From assembly GCA_965112155.1 (NCBI GenBank), contig OZ218111.1: a DNA stretch of 64,000 nucleotides; one strand, written 5' to 3'. This DNA comes from Podarcis liolepis (taxonomy: Eukaryota). Under the pieces are notes generated by a model. That model worked only from the letters and a program-made list of their open reading frames with translations. It did no database searches and had not been told where the DNA came from. Every line of letters begins with the position of its first letter. Position 1 is the stretch's first letter. Positions 25,109 to 37,001 of this stretch are shown here, one piece after another. Position numbers and translations under genes: made by a program.

Positions 25109-25460
25109 TAAAGGTAAAGGGACCCCTGACCATTAGGTCCAGTTGTGACCGACTCTGGGGTTGCGGCGCTCATCTCGCTTTATTGGCCGAGGGAGCCGGC
25201 GTACAGCTTCCGGGTCATGTGGCCAGCATGACTAAGCCGCTTCTGGTGAACCAGAGCAGCGCATGGAAATGCCATTTACCTTCCCACCCGAGCGGTACCT
25301 ATTTATCTACTTGCACTTTGACATGCTTTCGAACTGCTAGGTTGGCAGGAGCAGGGACCAAGCAAAGGGAGCTCACCCCATCGCAGGGATACGAACCGCC
25401 AACCTTCTGACTGGCAAGTCCTAGGCTCTGTGGTTTAACCCACAGCGCCACCCGCATCCC
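25109..25460 (-). mobile_element. Sauria SINE, full length
   Basis: Consensus match; TSD atttcacaata. Confidence 0.9.
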
Positions 25461-26190
25461 AATTTCACAATAGTTACCAGCAAACTACTTGTGCATTCTC
25501 TTGTGCAACCACGTCCCACAGGCCCAAACATTTCACCAGTGGAACAAGCATTCTGCTGAGGGACTCTTAACTTTGCGTTATGTTGGATGCAACCCATCTT
25601 CTCCACCCCCTCCCCCTATTCCAGAGTTGGTATTTAGGGCTTGGCTTCATGCCCAGGAGGCTCTGGAGCGTCCTGGCCAATTTAAAACCACCTCCGACAA
25701 AGAGCCGCATTTTTATTTCACGTCTTTTAATGGCTCTGTGTTTAATGTTGTATTTCGGAGCTCATTAAGTCTCTGTTTTGGGATGTTATCCCTGCAATGA
25801 CTGAATGAATGAGTAATAAGGCAGCTGACCACTTAAGAGACCAGAGAGCAAGCTCAAATTTTGCTTTTGATTGGCTTGCGGATATTATTCCTTTTTTTAG
25901 GTTGGTGGCCTAACTTTCCCGCAAAGCTCCTTCTAAGAATGCCAAGCAAATATGTATGATCTGCCAAGGCATGAGAGACCCCGAGTTGAACTTGTTAAGA
26001 ATCACAAGGTTTTCCTCATATATATAAAAAGACCTAGCAGATTATAGAAGCTAGTTTTTCCAGTGGAGTGTGAAATTGTCAGCTGAAGCTCATGTATAGC
26101 TACAATGCAATCTATGTTTACAGTGGCAACTCACTGCAAGGAGACTAATAACTTCTCTCTCTCTTTTTATTTTTAAAAAACGTGCTTTAG

Positions 26191-26371
26191 GAATTTCCCA
26201 ATTAGAGGCATTCAGTTTTACGATGGGCCCATCAATGTCCAGAACTGCACCTTCCGAAAGTTTGCCGCGTTGGAAGGCCGTCACACCAGCGCTTTGGCGT
26301 TCCGCCTTAACAATGTTTGGCAGAGCTGCCCCAACAACAACGTCACAAACGTATTCTTTGAGGATGTCCCG
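26191..26371 (+). CDS. CEMIP: CEMIP coding exon
   Basis: ctttag|G..CCG|gtgagt; NFPIRGIQFYDGPINVQNCTFRKFAALEGRHTSALAFRLNNVWQSCPNNNVTNVFFEDVP. Confidence 0.95.
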
Positions 26372-26809
26372 GTGAGTTGGCTTTCAACGCGGGCTCACCG
26401 TCGCAGGGCTCAGTGCATGCAGAGGGAGGACATTTTGCAATGGAAGAATCGCATTCCTTCACTGGCCACCTTCTGAGGGTCACATGGCAGTGGTGGGCGG
26501 GGCAACAGGTGCACCTCATATTGCTGTACAGTGGGCTGTAATCTAGCCATACAAAAGTCAGAGGTTCCTACATGTACATCTCTCCAGGAAAGCAAGAGGC
26601 CTTATTACAGTTTAAGGACACAGTCCTGCCAGGCTAAGGAACTGGAGAAATGCAAGGACTGGAGAGGGGGGTGGCCTGTGAGGAAGATGTGGCCTGTAAG
26701 AAGGTGGGGCATAAAGAGAGTCCTGAGGACCAGAAGCCGTTTGCTCCTTGGCCTGAGGTTCTCCACCCTTGGCTTAGCAAAATTATTATTATTAGTGAAT
26801 CTAGTATTA

Positions 26810-27059
26810 CACTTGTACCTTGGAAGTCAAACAGAATCCGTTCTGAAAGTCCGTTTGACTTCCAAAACGTTCGGAAAGCAAAGCGTGGCTTCTGATTGGC
26901 TACAGGAAGCTCCTGCAGCCAATCAGAAGCCACAGAAGCCCCGTCAGATGTTTGGGTTCCAAAGAACATTGGCAAACCGGAACACTCACTTCCGGGTTTG
27001 CAGCGTTCGGAAGCCAAAACGTCTGAGTACCAAGGCGTTTGGGATCCAAGGTACGACTG
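26810..27059. mobile_element. TA-MITE, family C
   Basis: Reverse-complement similarity to 15634-15866; TA flanks. Confidence 0.72.
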
Positions 27060-27783
27060 TATTGCTATTACTATTATTTATTACATTAGTCATTTTTTTG
27101 CCATAGCAACTCAAAATGACTTACAATATTTTAAGCAATACATACATAAAAACTGGCATTTTTTTTAAAAAAACCGCTACATTAAACTTCCCACCCATGC
27201 AAAAAGCCAGATAGTAAAAAGCCAAAGGCCTTATTAAAAAGGATTCTTTTTGCCTGACATCTAAAGATATGTAACATTGGCATCAGGAAAACTTCCCTGG
27301 GGAGAACATTCGACAAGCGGGATGCCACCATTGAGAAGGGCGGTTCTCATGTTGCTGCTCGCCAGACCTCGCATGGAGCATGGGGCACACCAAGAAGGGT
27401 CTCAGATGACAATTTCAGGGTCCGGCTGAGTTCATGTGGGGAGAGACTTCCCTTGAGGTCTTGCACCATATAAGACTTCATAGGTCCAAGCCAGAGCTTC
27501 AAATTGGGCCTGGAAACTAATTGACAGGATTTCAGAATGGGTAGCCCTCAAGCTGTTTTGAACTCCACGATCAGTCCCAGAGTCCATGGCCAAGATTCCA
27601 GGACAACTCACACAGGGCTGCCGTGTTCTTTTCAGGGCACAAATGGACTGCAGAAAAATAGGGAGCTTCTGTGTTAAGCTCTGAATATTTTTTTGGGTGG
27701 GGGGGAGGGATAGCTCCAAGAAGTTACTAAGCTATCGGTTCAGAATTAATTGGTTAATGTGTCATATTTTCCCTTCTGTTCAG

Positions 27784-27999
27784 ATAACCTCTCGAGTGTT
27801 TTTCGGAGAACCAGGACCTTGGTTCAATGGGCTGGATATGGATGGGGATAAAACATCTGTTTTCCATGATGTTGACGGCTCTGTATCTGAATATCCTGGG
27901 TCCTATCTTATAAAGGAAGATAATTGGCTGATTAGGCACCCAGACTGTATTGATGTCCCTGACTGGAGGGGTTCTATCTGTAGTGGTCGATATGCACAG
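27784..27999 (+). CDS. CEMIP: CEMIP coding exon
   Basis: ttcag|ATA..CAG|gtaaga; ITSRVFFGEPGPWFNGLDMDGDKTSVFHDVDGSVSEYPGSYL..ICSGRYAQ. Confidence 0.95.
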
Positions 28000-28171
28000 G
28001 TAAGACTGATGGGCATGTTCAGAATTTGGATCTTGCTGGCTCACAGTTCTTTCGCATTTCTGATTTCCACAGCAGATCATTGCTGTGGGGTTACTGGTCT
28101 CTTCCCTATGCATGTTCTTCTTCCTTAAAGCTCTTTAAAAGGAAGTAAGTTTTGCTTTGCTTTGATTTCAG

Positions 28172-28383
28172 GTGTACATCCAAGCCTACAAATCAGCCAA
28201 CCTGAGAATGAAAATAATAAAAAACGACCATTACGGACATCCTCTGTACTTGGAGGGGGCTCTGAGTAAGAGTGCCCACTACCAGCAATATCAGCCTGTG
28301 ATCACTCTACAAAAGGGCTACACCATCCATTGGGACAAGACTGCTCCCGAGGAACTGGCTATCTGGCTCATTAACTTCAACAA
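28172..28383 (+). CDS. CEMIP: CEMIP coding exon
   Basis: tttcag|GTG..AA|gtgagt; VYIQAYKSANLRMKIIKND..YQQYQPVITLQKGYTIHWD..LAIWLINFN. Confidence 0.95.
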
Positions 28384-29050
28384 GTGAGTGTGTGGCCCGT
28401 AAAAAACAGCATTTCGATTGGGGAATATAGCTTCAAGTTGCTAAAGAAAGCCGGGGTGTGTGATGATGATGATGTTATAATAGCCACTGCATTCTTCCAG
28501 GCCTGACATCATTGTTCCAGGAAACCCTCTGCAAGTTTTACCATCTTCTCACCTAAACATCCAAGTCCCCTTAGAATGGATGTAAAGAAGTCATGCGATA
28601 AATATTTGAGGCACTGCGTGGGCCAAGTTAATCCCTGACTCATAGAAGGTGGTGGCTCGCTACAGAGAAATTGCTCTGTATTGCTATAAGGGATCTTTAG
28701 ATTCTTTGGAATTGACTCTGCCCAGCATGTAAACATTTAGCCCAGGCATGTCCAAAGTCCGTTTTGGGGGCCTAATCTGGCCCGCCAGTCGATTTAATCC
28801 GGCCCCCATGGCAGTATATGTCCTGCGGTAAAATCCTTAAAAAAGCAACTTCAATCCTGAAAAGCTCAACAACTTCACACAGGTTCACTTAATCAAATCT
28901 GGCCCTCTTTGAATTTTTTTTAGCCAGTTTGCAAGTAAATGTATTTTATTTTTGGAGTGAGTGGAATTTGACTTGCGACATGTTCCAGAAAAATCATAGT
29001 CTCAGAGCTTGGGGTTGTTATTGTTGCAATCATCACCATTATCGTTTTAG

Positions 29051-29236
29051 GAATGACTGGATCCAAGTTGGGCTTTGCTATCCTAAAGGGACGACGTTTT
29101 CCATTCTCTCCGACATCCACGATCGCCTTTTGAAGAAAACCAGCAAAACAGGGACATTCTACCAGGCTCATGAGATGGACAAGCTTGAGTATCGATATGC
29201 TTCCAAGGGATACTACTATTGGGATGAGGACACTGG
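29051..29236 (+). CDS. CEMIP: CEMIP coding exon
   Basis: ttttag|G..GG|gtaagg; NDWIQVGLCYPKGTTFSILSDIHDRLLKKTSKTG..YYWDEDT. Confidence 0.95.
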
Positions 29237-29378
29237 GTAAGGAAACAGCAAGCATGCCCCGTGTCCTAAAGCTCTCTGAAGCACAGAATTGCTATGGAGG
29301 ATTGCAGAGATATGTTGGGTGCAGGATTGTTTTTAACGGATGCACAAATGACATCCTTGTGTCTAGCCTATATGCCAT

Positions 29379-29815
29379 TGTAATGGGTTTGAGTTACTCG
29401 TGCGTAAATTGTCCCCGTTAGGGGGCTTAATCGCCTTGGTTAAACCGTCCAGACTGCACAGCCCATCTCAGCGTGGCTGCCTCAGTCGCTAGCAGAATCT
29501 GACTGTGGGCGTTTCTTAAACCTTTTCCAGCATAAAAGCTGTTTGACTCCCAGTCGTCTCCGCCTTTCATTGCGCGGGAGTCTTCTGCGCAGGGAGGGCG
29601 TGGGTAGTGGAGGACCAGTGCTCTCCTCACTGACGTCCAGGGAAGAATCCCGGAGCTCTCCCTCCGCTTCCCCCATTTCCCCTCCTTGATCCCTGGTGTT
29701 ACGCCGATTTCCTTCCTCCTCTACCAAGCTGCGTCTCCCCCTAGTGCTGGTACCTTCTCCTGCAGAATCGGGGAGCCTCTCCTTCGCCTTTCGCTCTGAT
29801 GGCAGTTCCCTGACA
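29379..29815. mobile_element. Solo LTR
   Basis: TGTAAT...CTGACA termini, perfect 5-bp TSD GCCAT, CpG-rich interior. Confidence 0.72.
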
Positions 29816-30537
29816 GCCATCTTTCAGATTCAGCTCCGGTGGCAATTTCCCCGTCTTTGGTGATCATTCCTCTTCAACAAGCAAAGCCATGCCATTTTGG
29901 GTCCCTCTTCACTTATGGCAGATTTTTGACCACCTTGTCATATGGAATGATCGATTTGCATAAGAACGTAATTTGGGGATCAGCCCAATGGCTGAGTCCA
30001 GCATCCTGGGATCACAAGAGCCAGCCAGATGACCCAATGCAAAGCCCATGAAGAGAATTTGAGCACAACAGTGCTATCGCTGCTTGCGATTCCCAGAAAT
30101 TCAGAGACACACTACTTCTGACAATGGAGGTGGAGCATACCCATTATGGCTAGTAACCACTGTAGCCATGATTTCCTTTGTACCCTCTGTTTTTTAAAAT
30201 AATGGGGGCCTAATAGAATCCTCATTGGGACTCGGGTGGCGCTGTGGGTTAAACCACAGAGCCTAGGACTAGCAGTGAGCTGCAGTGTGCGTGGCAGATC
30301 ACTGTGCCTGCCGGTCTTCAGCCACCTGCTATCTTCATTTCCTCAAAAATGCCTTTGTGCCTACGTGGGGCCTGGGGCCACTTGGAGGAAATGAAAATGG
30401 GAGATAGCTGGAGCTTTGGCTGCCAGAGAACTTTGCTTCATGCCAAGCTGCCCAAAAAGTGTTGTTTTGTTTAAAGCAAGCGGGCAGCAGTGGAAACATG
30501 GAAAAGTGGAGGTCATTGACTGTAGCAATAAGGATTA

Positions 30538-30896
30538 CCGTATTTTTCGCCCAACAGGGCGCACCATCCCATAGGGCACACCTAGTTGGTTTTTTTTGGG
30601 GGGGGAATAAAGAAAAAAATTATTTCCCCCCCCAGGCGCGGGGCTAGGGTGGGGGAAGCCCGAGCTTCCCCCAACCCTAGCCCCCTGAACAGACTGCTAT
30701 CCCCAGGCTTGCGGACAGCAGTCCGAAGCCCGGGGTGCGCTTCCTGAAGCCTGGAGAGTGAGAGGGGTCGGTGCGCACCGACCCCTCTCGCTCTCCAGGC
30801 TTCAGCGAAAGCCTGCATTCGCCCCATAGGACGCACACACATTTCCCCTTCATTTTTGGAGGGGGAAAAGTGCGTCCTATAGGGCGGAAAATACGG
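30538..30896. mobile_element. TA-MITE with CCGTATTTT TIRs
   Basis: TA-CCGTATTTTTCGCCC...GGGCGGAAAATACGG-TA. Confidence 0.78.
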
Positions 30897-31427
30897 TAGA
30901 TAAATAAGATCAGCCCCAGCACCCAAGTTTTGAAAAGAAAAAGCTGGCCATCAGTGGCAGTGAAGGGACTGGGTGCCGGCTGGGAGATTTTGTACAAAAC
31001 AGCTGGAGGGCACCAAGCTGGTGCTGTCTGTCTTACATACAGACTTGTAAATGTCAAATTTCTTGAGCAGCCTCTAATAGTATGAGATGTAGTAGTTGCA
31101 CCTGGAAGTGAGAATGATGCATAAGAGAGCACCTGCCTGGGATGGATGAATAGAAATGCATAATTCACACATAATTCATTTAAAGCACACTCAATGCACA
31201 TATAAAGCTCCCCCCCCCAAAAAAAAAGATGTTTCCCCCTTCCAGAGATACAGTTCCAACATCCTTAACAAACCGGTTCCCAGGATTCTTTGGCAAGAGC
31301 AATGCGCTTTAATGGTGCAGTGGAAGGGTTTAATATCTGCCATTTTCAGGATGAGCTTCATCCTGTTCCGGCTACGGCAGCGTCACAGAGTCAGGGACAC
31401 TCACAGCTCTTCCATCTTTTCCCAAAG

Positions 31428-31632
31428 GTTGCTGTTTCTCAAGTTAAAGGCTCAGCACGAAAAGGAGCCATTTGCCTTCTGCTCCGTCAGAGGTTGCGAG
31501 CGAATCAGGATTAAAGCCAATATCCCCAGGAAAGCAGGGTCCAGCGACTGCCAAGCGAGAGCCTACCCAAAATATGAAGAGCAACCTTCAGTGGATGTGC
31601 CGATGCCCAAAAAGTTGCCAAGCACACACCTG
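31428..31632 (+). CDS. CEMIP: CEMIP coding exon
   Basis: cccaaag|G..CTG|gtaaag; LLFLKLKAQHEKEPFAFCSVRGCERIRIKANIP..VDVPMPKKLPSTHL. Confidence 0.93.
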
Positions 31633-31725
31633 GTAAAGTAGCTGATTTACTGTTGCCATTTTCCTAGGTCTTTGTTTCTGATTAAATCAGTGGATAATTT
31701 TCCTTCTGGAAGCTCATCAAACATA

Positions 31726-31973
31726 CAGTGGTACCTCTGGTTGCAAACGGGATCCATTCCGGAGGCCCGTTCGCAACATGAAAGGAACGCAACCCGCAGC
31801 GGCGCATCTGCGCACGTGCGGGTTGCGATTCGCCGCTTCTGCGCATGTTATTTTGTGCATCTGCGCATGTGCGAGTGGCGAAACATGGAAGTAACCCTTT
31901 CTGGTACTTCTGGGTCGCCGGAGGACACAACCTGAAAAAACGTAACATGAAACAAACGTAACATGTGTGACTG
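31726..31973. mobile_element. TA-MITE, family B
   Basis: TA-CAGTGGTACCTC..GACTG-TA; interior shared with 34008-34236. Confidence 0.7.
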
Positions 31974-32524
31974 TACTTCAGTCCCATTTTATGGGCAAAG
32001 TCTTAGTTTGCCCAAAGTGGAAAATCAACATTGTTGTTGAGAAACTAGGAAGCTGCTACGTACTGAATTAGACCATTAGTCCACCTAGTGTAATATTGGC
32101 TACACTGGCTGGAAGCAGCTCTCCAGGGTTTCATCTTTGCTGTGTGCTACCTTTTCAAGGGTCGGGGGGGGGGAATACCTGGGATTATACCTTTAGGGTA
32201 GGGGGAGCAGTGTACAACAGCTCTCCTCCACTAGCTGTCAGAAGCTATTGCAAGAGGGGGTCCAGAATGCGCTCTATTTGCCTCCAAACGTTCTGAATGT
32301 CCCTTGTCAGATTTGTAGATCACTCCACGTAAGACTCCCCCAAAATTGCCAAGGAGTTAAATTTCTGGCAAGACATAAACTTTGGACGCCTCATTTGAAA
32401 TAATGAACCACAAAATGTGTGAGTGTAACTGCCAGAATAAATGTATGTTTGAAAAAAAGCATGTCTAGAAGAATGGTTTTGAAAGTCAATAGATATACCA
32501 ACTTTATTTTCTGTTTGAAACCAG

Positions 32525-32608
32525 AACAAGGACCATTTTGTAGAACTGAAGCTGGACAGCTACAAGACCAAATACTTCCATCTCAGGGATGATTTTGCGT
32601 ATATCTCA
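32525..32608 (+). CDS. CEMIP: CEMIP coding exon
   Basis: aaccag|AAC..TCA|gtaagt; NKDHFVELKLDSYKTKYFHLRDDFAYIS. Confidence 0.88.
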
Positions 32609-33567
32609 GTAAGTCTTTCTTTGCTCTTGAGTAATATGCTGTATTTTTAACACACTATGTTTTAGAAACTTTTCATTATATTTTAACATAGCCAAAAGTC
32701 GTCTTCTATGGGGCACAATTTGTAACAGAATATATATAAAATACACAGTCGAGGAAAGAAACTCGAAATAATTGAGAAAACTAACAGATCTAACAAAGGC
32801 TTATCTGGAAGAATCTATATTTGTTCCTGAATTCTTTTAAAGTACTGTTGAATGGAATCTAAATGGATTTCGTATTACTAGCAAGGCAAGTTGATATTTA
32901 GAATTGGGCTTAATTTTCTACCAAATCATAATTATAGCTGGACTTTGATGTTTGTTTTTATACATGAACACACGCTCCTTGGTTGGTATAAATATTATTT
33001 TTTTACATTTCGCTGCAATTTGGAACCAGTCTTATTTTTATAGCAGCAATAAGCTTGCCAATTTGTTGCTTTCTTGTCCTAATGCCCAACAAGACTGCCT
33101 TAGAATCAAGGGGAGGGGGGAGGAATATCCTGTAAGTTTTTAATATGCTATTATTACTCAGTGCTTTGGTCTGTTGGGACATCTCGCCAGCCTGTTTTGC
33201 CACATCATTTTCTAGCAATACTTTTGAGCATTACTTGTTAAAAAAAAAGTTTTATGGGGTTGCTAGATACTTTATATTTCATTTCCCTGCCCCCTTTCCA
33301 TCAGTGTTTCCAGATACTTAATACATATGAAAATGGGGTGTGTGAAATACATAAATTTTGACCAATTTCCAGTGTTGCACCTTAAATCAACAACACAAAG
33401 TTAAACGTAAAAGTTTGAAAATTTTCGTATTTCGAGGTCTGCCTCTTTTTCTTTTCTTTATTTCATACACAATATTTCAAATCAGCCTCTACTTCTGAAA
33501 ATCCAAAATTATCAACTGTTACTGCTCTGGTCTCCCTGATAACAGCAAGAACTGATTTGTTTCCCAG

Positions 33568-33725
33568 GTTGACGGCAGGAAATTTTATCTCTCCGAAGAT
33601 GGTATCCAAGTAGTTGTGATCAATGGGCATGATGGGAGATTTGTTGACCGGATGAATTTCAAAAACTCCGTTCTACAGGGAATCCCAGCACAGATGATCA
33701 ACTATGTCAATAACATTCGGGAAAA
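33568..33725 (+). CDS. CEMIP: CEMIP coding exon (C-terminal GG domain)
   Basis: ttcccag|GTT..AA|gtaagt; VDGRKFYLSEDGIQVVVINGHDG..NSVLQGIP..IRE. Confidence 0.93.
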
Positions 33726-34007
33726 GTAAGTTAATGAGAAAGGAGGGCATTCAAGTTCTGGAAAAGTGGGTAAACTCTTTGAGCAACATTGGGGGAAAAA
33801 CCCAACTTTCATGCAACAAAGTTCGATGGAAGCTCTTTGCCCTGTCCCTTGGAACCAGATCCAACCACTTGTGGGCCAGAAGGTGTTGAGGAGGGAGCAT
33901 CTCTTACTGGAACCTTACATGTAATACCTTGAACTGTGCAGGTGGCTCCTTATATACTTGTGCTGTGTATATGGTGTTCTACGTTGTCAGCTTTAATTAC
34001 AGAGGTA

Positions 34008-34464
34008 CAGTGATACCTCTGGATGCGAATGGGATCCGTTCCGGAGCCCCGTTCGCATCCTGAGCAGAACGCAACCTGCGTCTGTGTTGCCGCTTCTGCG
34101 CATGACATCATTTTCAGCATCTGCGCATGCACGAGCGGCGAAACCCGGAAGTAACCTGTTCCATTACTTCCGGGTCGCCGCGGGACGCAACCTGAAAACA
34201 CTCAACCTGAAGCATATTTAACCCAAGGTATGACTGTACAGTGGTACCACGGGTTACATACACTTCAGGTTACAGACTCCGCTAACCCAGAAATAGTACC
34301 TTGGGTTAAGAACTTTGCTTCAGGATGAGAACAGAAATCGTGATCCAGCGGCGTGGCAGCAGCAGGAGGTCCCATTAGCTAAAGTGGTGCTTCAGGTTAA
34401 TAGCAGTTTCAGGTTAAGAACGGACCTCCGGAACGAATTAAGTACTTAACCCGAGGTACCACTG
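34008..34464. mobile_element. Two abutting TA-MITEs (34008-34236 family B; 34239-34464 family A)
   Basis: ...ggtatgactg TA cagtggtacc...; each element has its own TIRs. Confidence 0.78.
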
Positions 34465-35788
34465 TATACGTTTTCTGGAAGTGTGGAGAGGCAGAGACTG
34501 AAGCACAGCGGGTGGGGGGGAGCAGTGGAGTTCTGGATAAAAGCAGGCGATTAGCACTCCTTGAGCCAAACCATCATTGATGAGTATGCAGTGAGACAGT
34601 TGACTCCCAGGGGTAGTCAACCTTTTTATACCTGCCTCCCACTAATGAATCTTTCTTGATGGTAAAAATTTCCTTACCGCCCACCTGTGCTTGATGAAAG
34701 GAGGGTTCAGTTTGTGCCGTAGAACCCCCTACCACCCACCTAGAATCCTGAAACGCCCACTAGTGGGCGGTAGGGACCAGGTTAACAACCCCTGGGCTAC
34801 ACAAAGTCAGCACAGAACAGGGACGCAAATGTTCTGGCGTTGCAAGAGGAAAGGATGGCCAGGAAGAGAGCGATCATGAAAATAACTAATTATAGGAAGG
34901 CTTGAACATCTTAACTGGTTCAAGCTTGCATGTGAAAGCAAAAATAAATAAATAAATAAAATAAAATAAAATCTGAAAGATGGAGCACTCAACAGAAATT
35001 CGGTTTTGCACCGAATTTTGCGGCATAGATCTTGGCTCAAAATATGCCCCCAAATATTTATTCTGGGGTAAAATTCATACAAATCTTGCGATTCCCCACA
35101 AAAATAAATCTGTGCAGAATAACACAGAAACAGGATGCAACATATTTATCAATACAGTACATACAAAACAAACATGAACCAGAAAAAGGACTTGATTTGA
35201 GAGTGGAAATTGCTCCATCCTGTTTAATGTTAAAGACAGGTGTGGTAAATCCCATTCTGCACTAACCCTCATTTAATAAAATGTACCGACTGTGTTACTG
35301 GTGGGGAAATAAAATAAACCTCAATGTGGTTTACAAATTCATTGTTAGTTACGCTTTTTGATACGGTATTGGGTAGGCATTTGCTGTATCAAGGCAAAAT
35401 GCATCCAGAGATATTTAATCCCCCCCCCCAAAAAAAAAATAAGTCTGTGTTCTGGCACATATGGACTAAGCATTCTTGGGATGTATGGAACAGCTGGAAA
35501 ACCTAGTGGTTGTAGATGTAGCCTAACAAGCCATATTCTGTCGTATAGCAGCCATGTGATTTTCTCATTGCTCCTGCAAACATTATACATACCATTTCTG
35601 ATAACAGATGTAAGGTGACCTAATTGGATGTGCTTGTTAATCTTCAGAATAAATTATGCATGCCTGGCGAGACATGATTGAATTGATACAGGGACCAGCA
35701 CCCCAGAGTTGCACAAGTAGTAGCTTTTACCAAATTAAATCACTCAGTGGAAGAATAGATGGTTTATGGATGCCTTTGTCTCCTGTAG

Positions 35789-35889
35789 TTCTATAGTGGT
35801 GATGACATCTAAAGGAAGGTTCGTTTCAAGAGGTCCGTGGACTACCGTCCTGGAGAAACTTGGAGCACAGAGGGGCTTTAAATTGAAAG
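35789..35889 (+). CDS. CEMIP: CEMIP coding exon
   Basis: ctgtag|T..G|gtaacg; SIVVMTSKGRFVSRGPWTTVLEKLGAQRGFKLK. Confidence 0.93.
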
Positions 35890-36339
35890 GTAACGAGCTA
35901 TTTTATAAAAGAACCTTTGTTACAGTTACATTTCCAAGAATTAATAAGGATGTTTAAAAGTGTTTACTGTGTTCTTCAATCTTTGGCCCCCAGGTGATCA
36001 TCCCTGACCACTGGCTAGGGATGATGGGAGCTGTAGTCCAACAGCTGGGGACCACAGGACAGTGGGCTAGAGGAAGTGTTGTACCACTTCAGATTTCAGG
36101 CTCAGCAGAACTGAGCTGCTGGATCTCCATTGAGTTTAAAGATGCAAAGGCTTAGGGAATTCATGGGGAGAGAACAGTACCTCAAAAAGCAAAATAATTT
36201 TTAGGAAGGGAGAATACCTCTTTAACGAAACAGGCAGCACACCTTTGGGCTTTTGTGTTGGAATGGCACTCTGAAATAAGATACTGAAATCAGGTGGTTG
36301 TTGTTTTTTATTTAACGATCCTCAGAATTATTTCTTTGC

Positions 36340-36840
36340 ATCCCCAAGCATGCTTGCATTTATCTTGCCAAAGTTTGGGTTCTTCTCATTTGGGCAAGAC
36401 TTCAGTTTTCAGAGAGAGGCTTTCATGCTTTGAATAGCTTCTTTGCCTCTGTTCTTTAGCCATGCCTGCATCCTCTTGGCCTTGGTGGGATCTTTCCTGA
36501 TCTGCATTATACATTCTAGCTGAGCTTCCATTATTGTGGTTTTAAGCATTCGCCAAACATTATGGAGAGAAGTGACCCCCTGACTTTATCATTCAACTTC
36601 CTTTTTTTTAAAGCCAGTACCTTCATTTTTGAGAAGCCTCCCCTTTTGAAGTCAAAGGTGACTATGTTGGACTTCCTTGGCAGCTGCCCCCTTAGAGACA
36701 TGTTGTATTTGATAGCACCATGATCAGAGTTCCCAATCGGTTCAAGAAGACTTATATCATACACCAGGTTCTCGGCACCATTTAAAATTATGTCCATGGT
36801 TGCCTCCTTTCTTGCTGGTTCCAAAGCAGTCATTTGGAGG
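36340..36840 (-). mobile_element. Degraded CR1 LINE ORF2 internal fragment (endonuclease C-terminus and linker)
   Basis: EPARKEATMDIIL..EPIGNSDHGAIKY..TFDFKRGGFSKM resembles CR1 EPTR..LDL..LG.SDH..DF...DF. Confidence 0.65.
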
Positions 36841-36873
36841 TACTCAACTATCCTTTTTTTCCCTTTCGTTCAG

Positions 36874-37001
36874 ATAAAATGGGTTTTGTTGGATACAAGG
36901 GCACCTTCCGGCCCTTCTGGGTTACGCTGAAGACAGATGACGAAGCAGTGAGGATTTTCCAAGCTCTGCCAGTTCCAGTGGTAAAGAAAATGAAACTGTG
37001 A
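36874..37001 (+). CDS. CEMIP: CEMIP terminal coding exon with stop codon
   Basis: ttcag|AT AAA ATG GGT..; KMGFVGYKGTFRPFWVTLKTDDEAVRIFQALPVPVVKKMKL*, TGA at 36999-37001. Confidence 0.94.

Noticed and set aside
32525-32608. Exon appears one codon shorter than the recalled human exon
   Set aside because: Rests on memory of the human sequence, lies in a variable linker, and preserves the frame
5407-37001. Possibility that the gene is CEMIP2/TMEM2 or a pseudogene
   Set aside because: Sequence and C-terminus follow CEMIP, MESD/TLNRD1 synteny is CEMIP-specific, and all 18 exons join in frame with GT-AG sites
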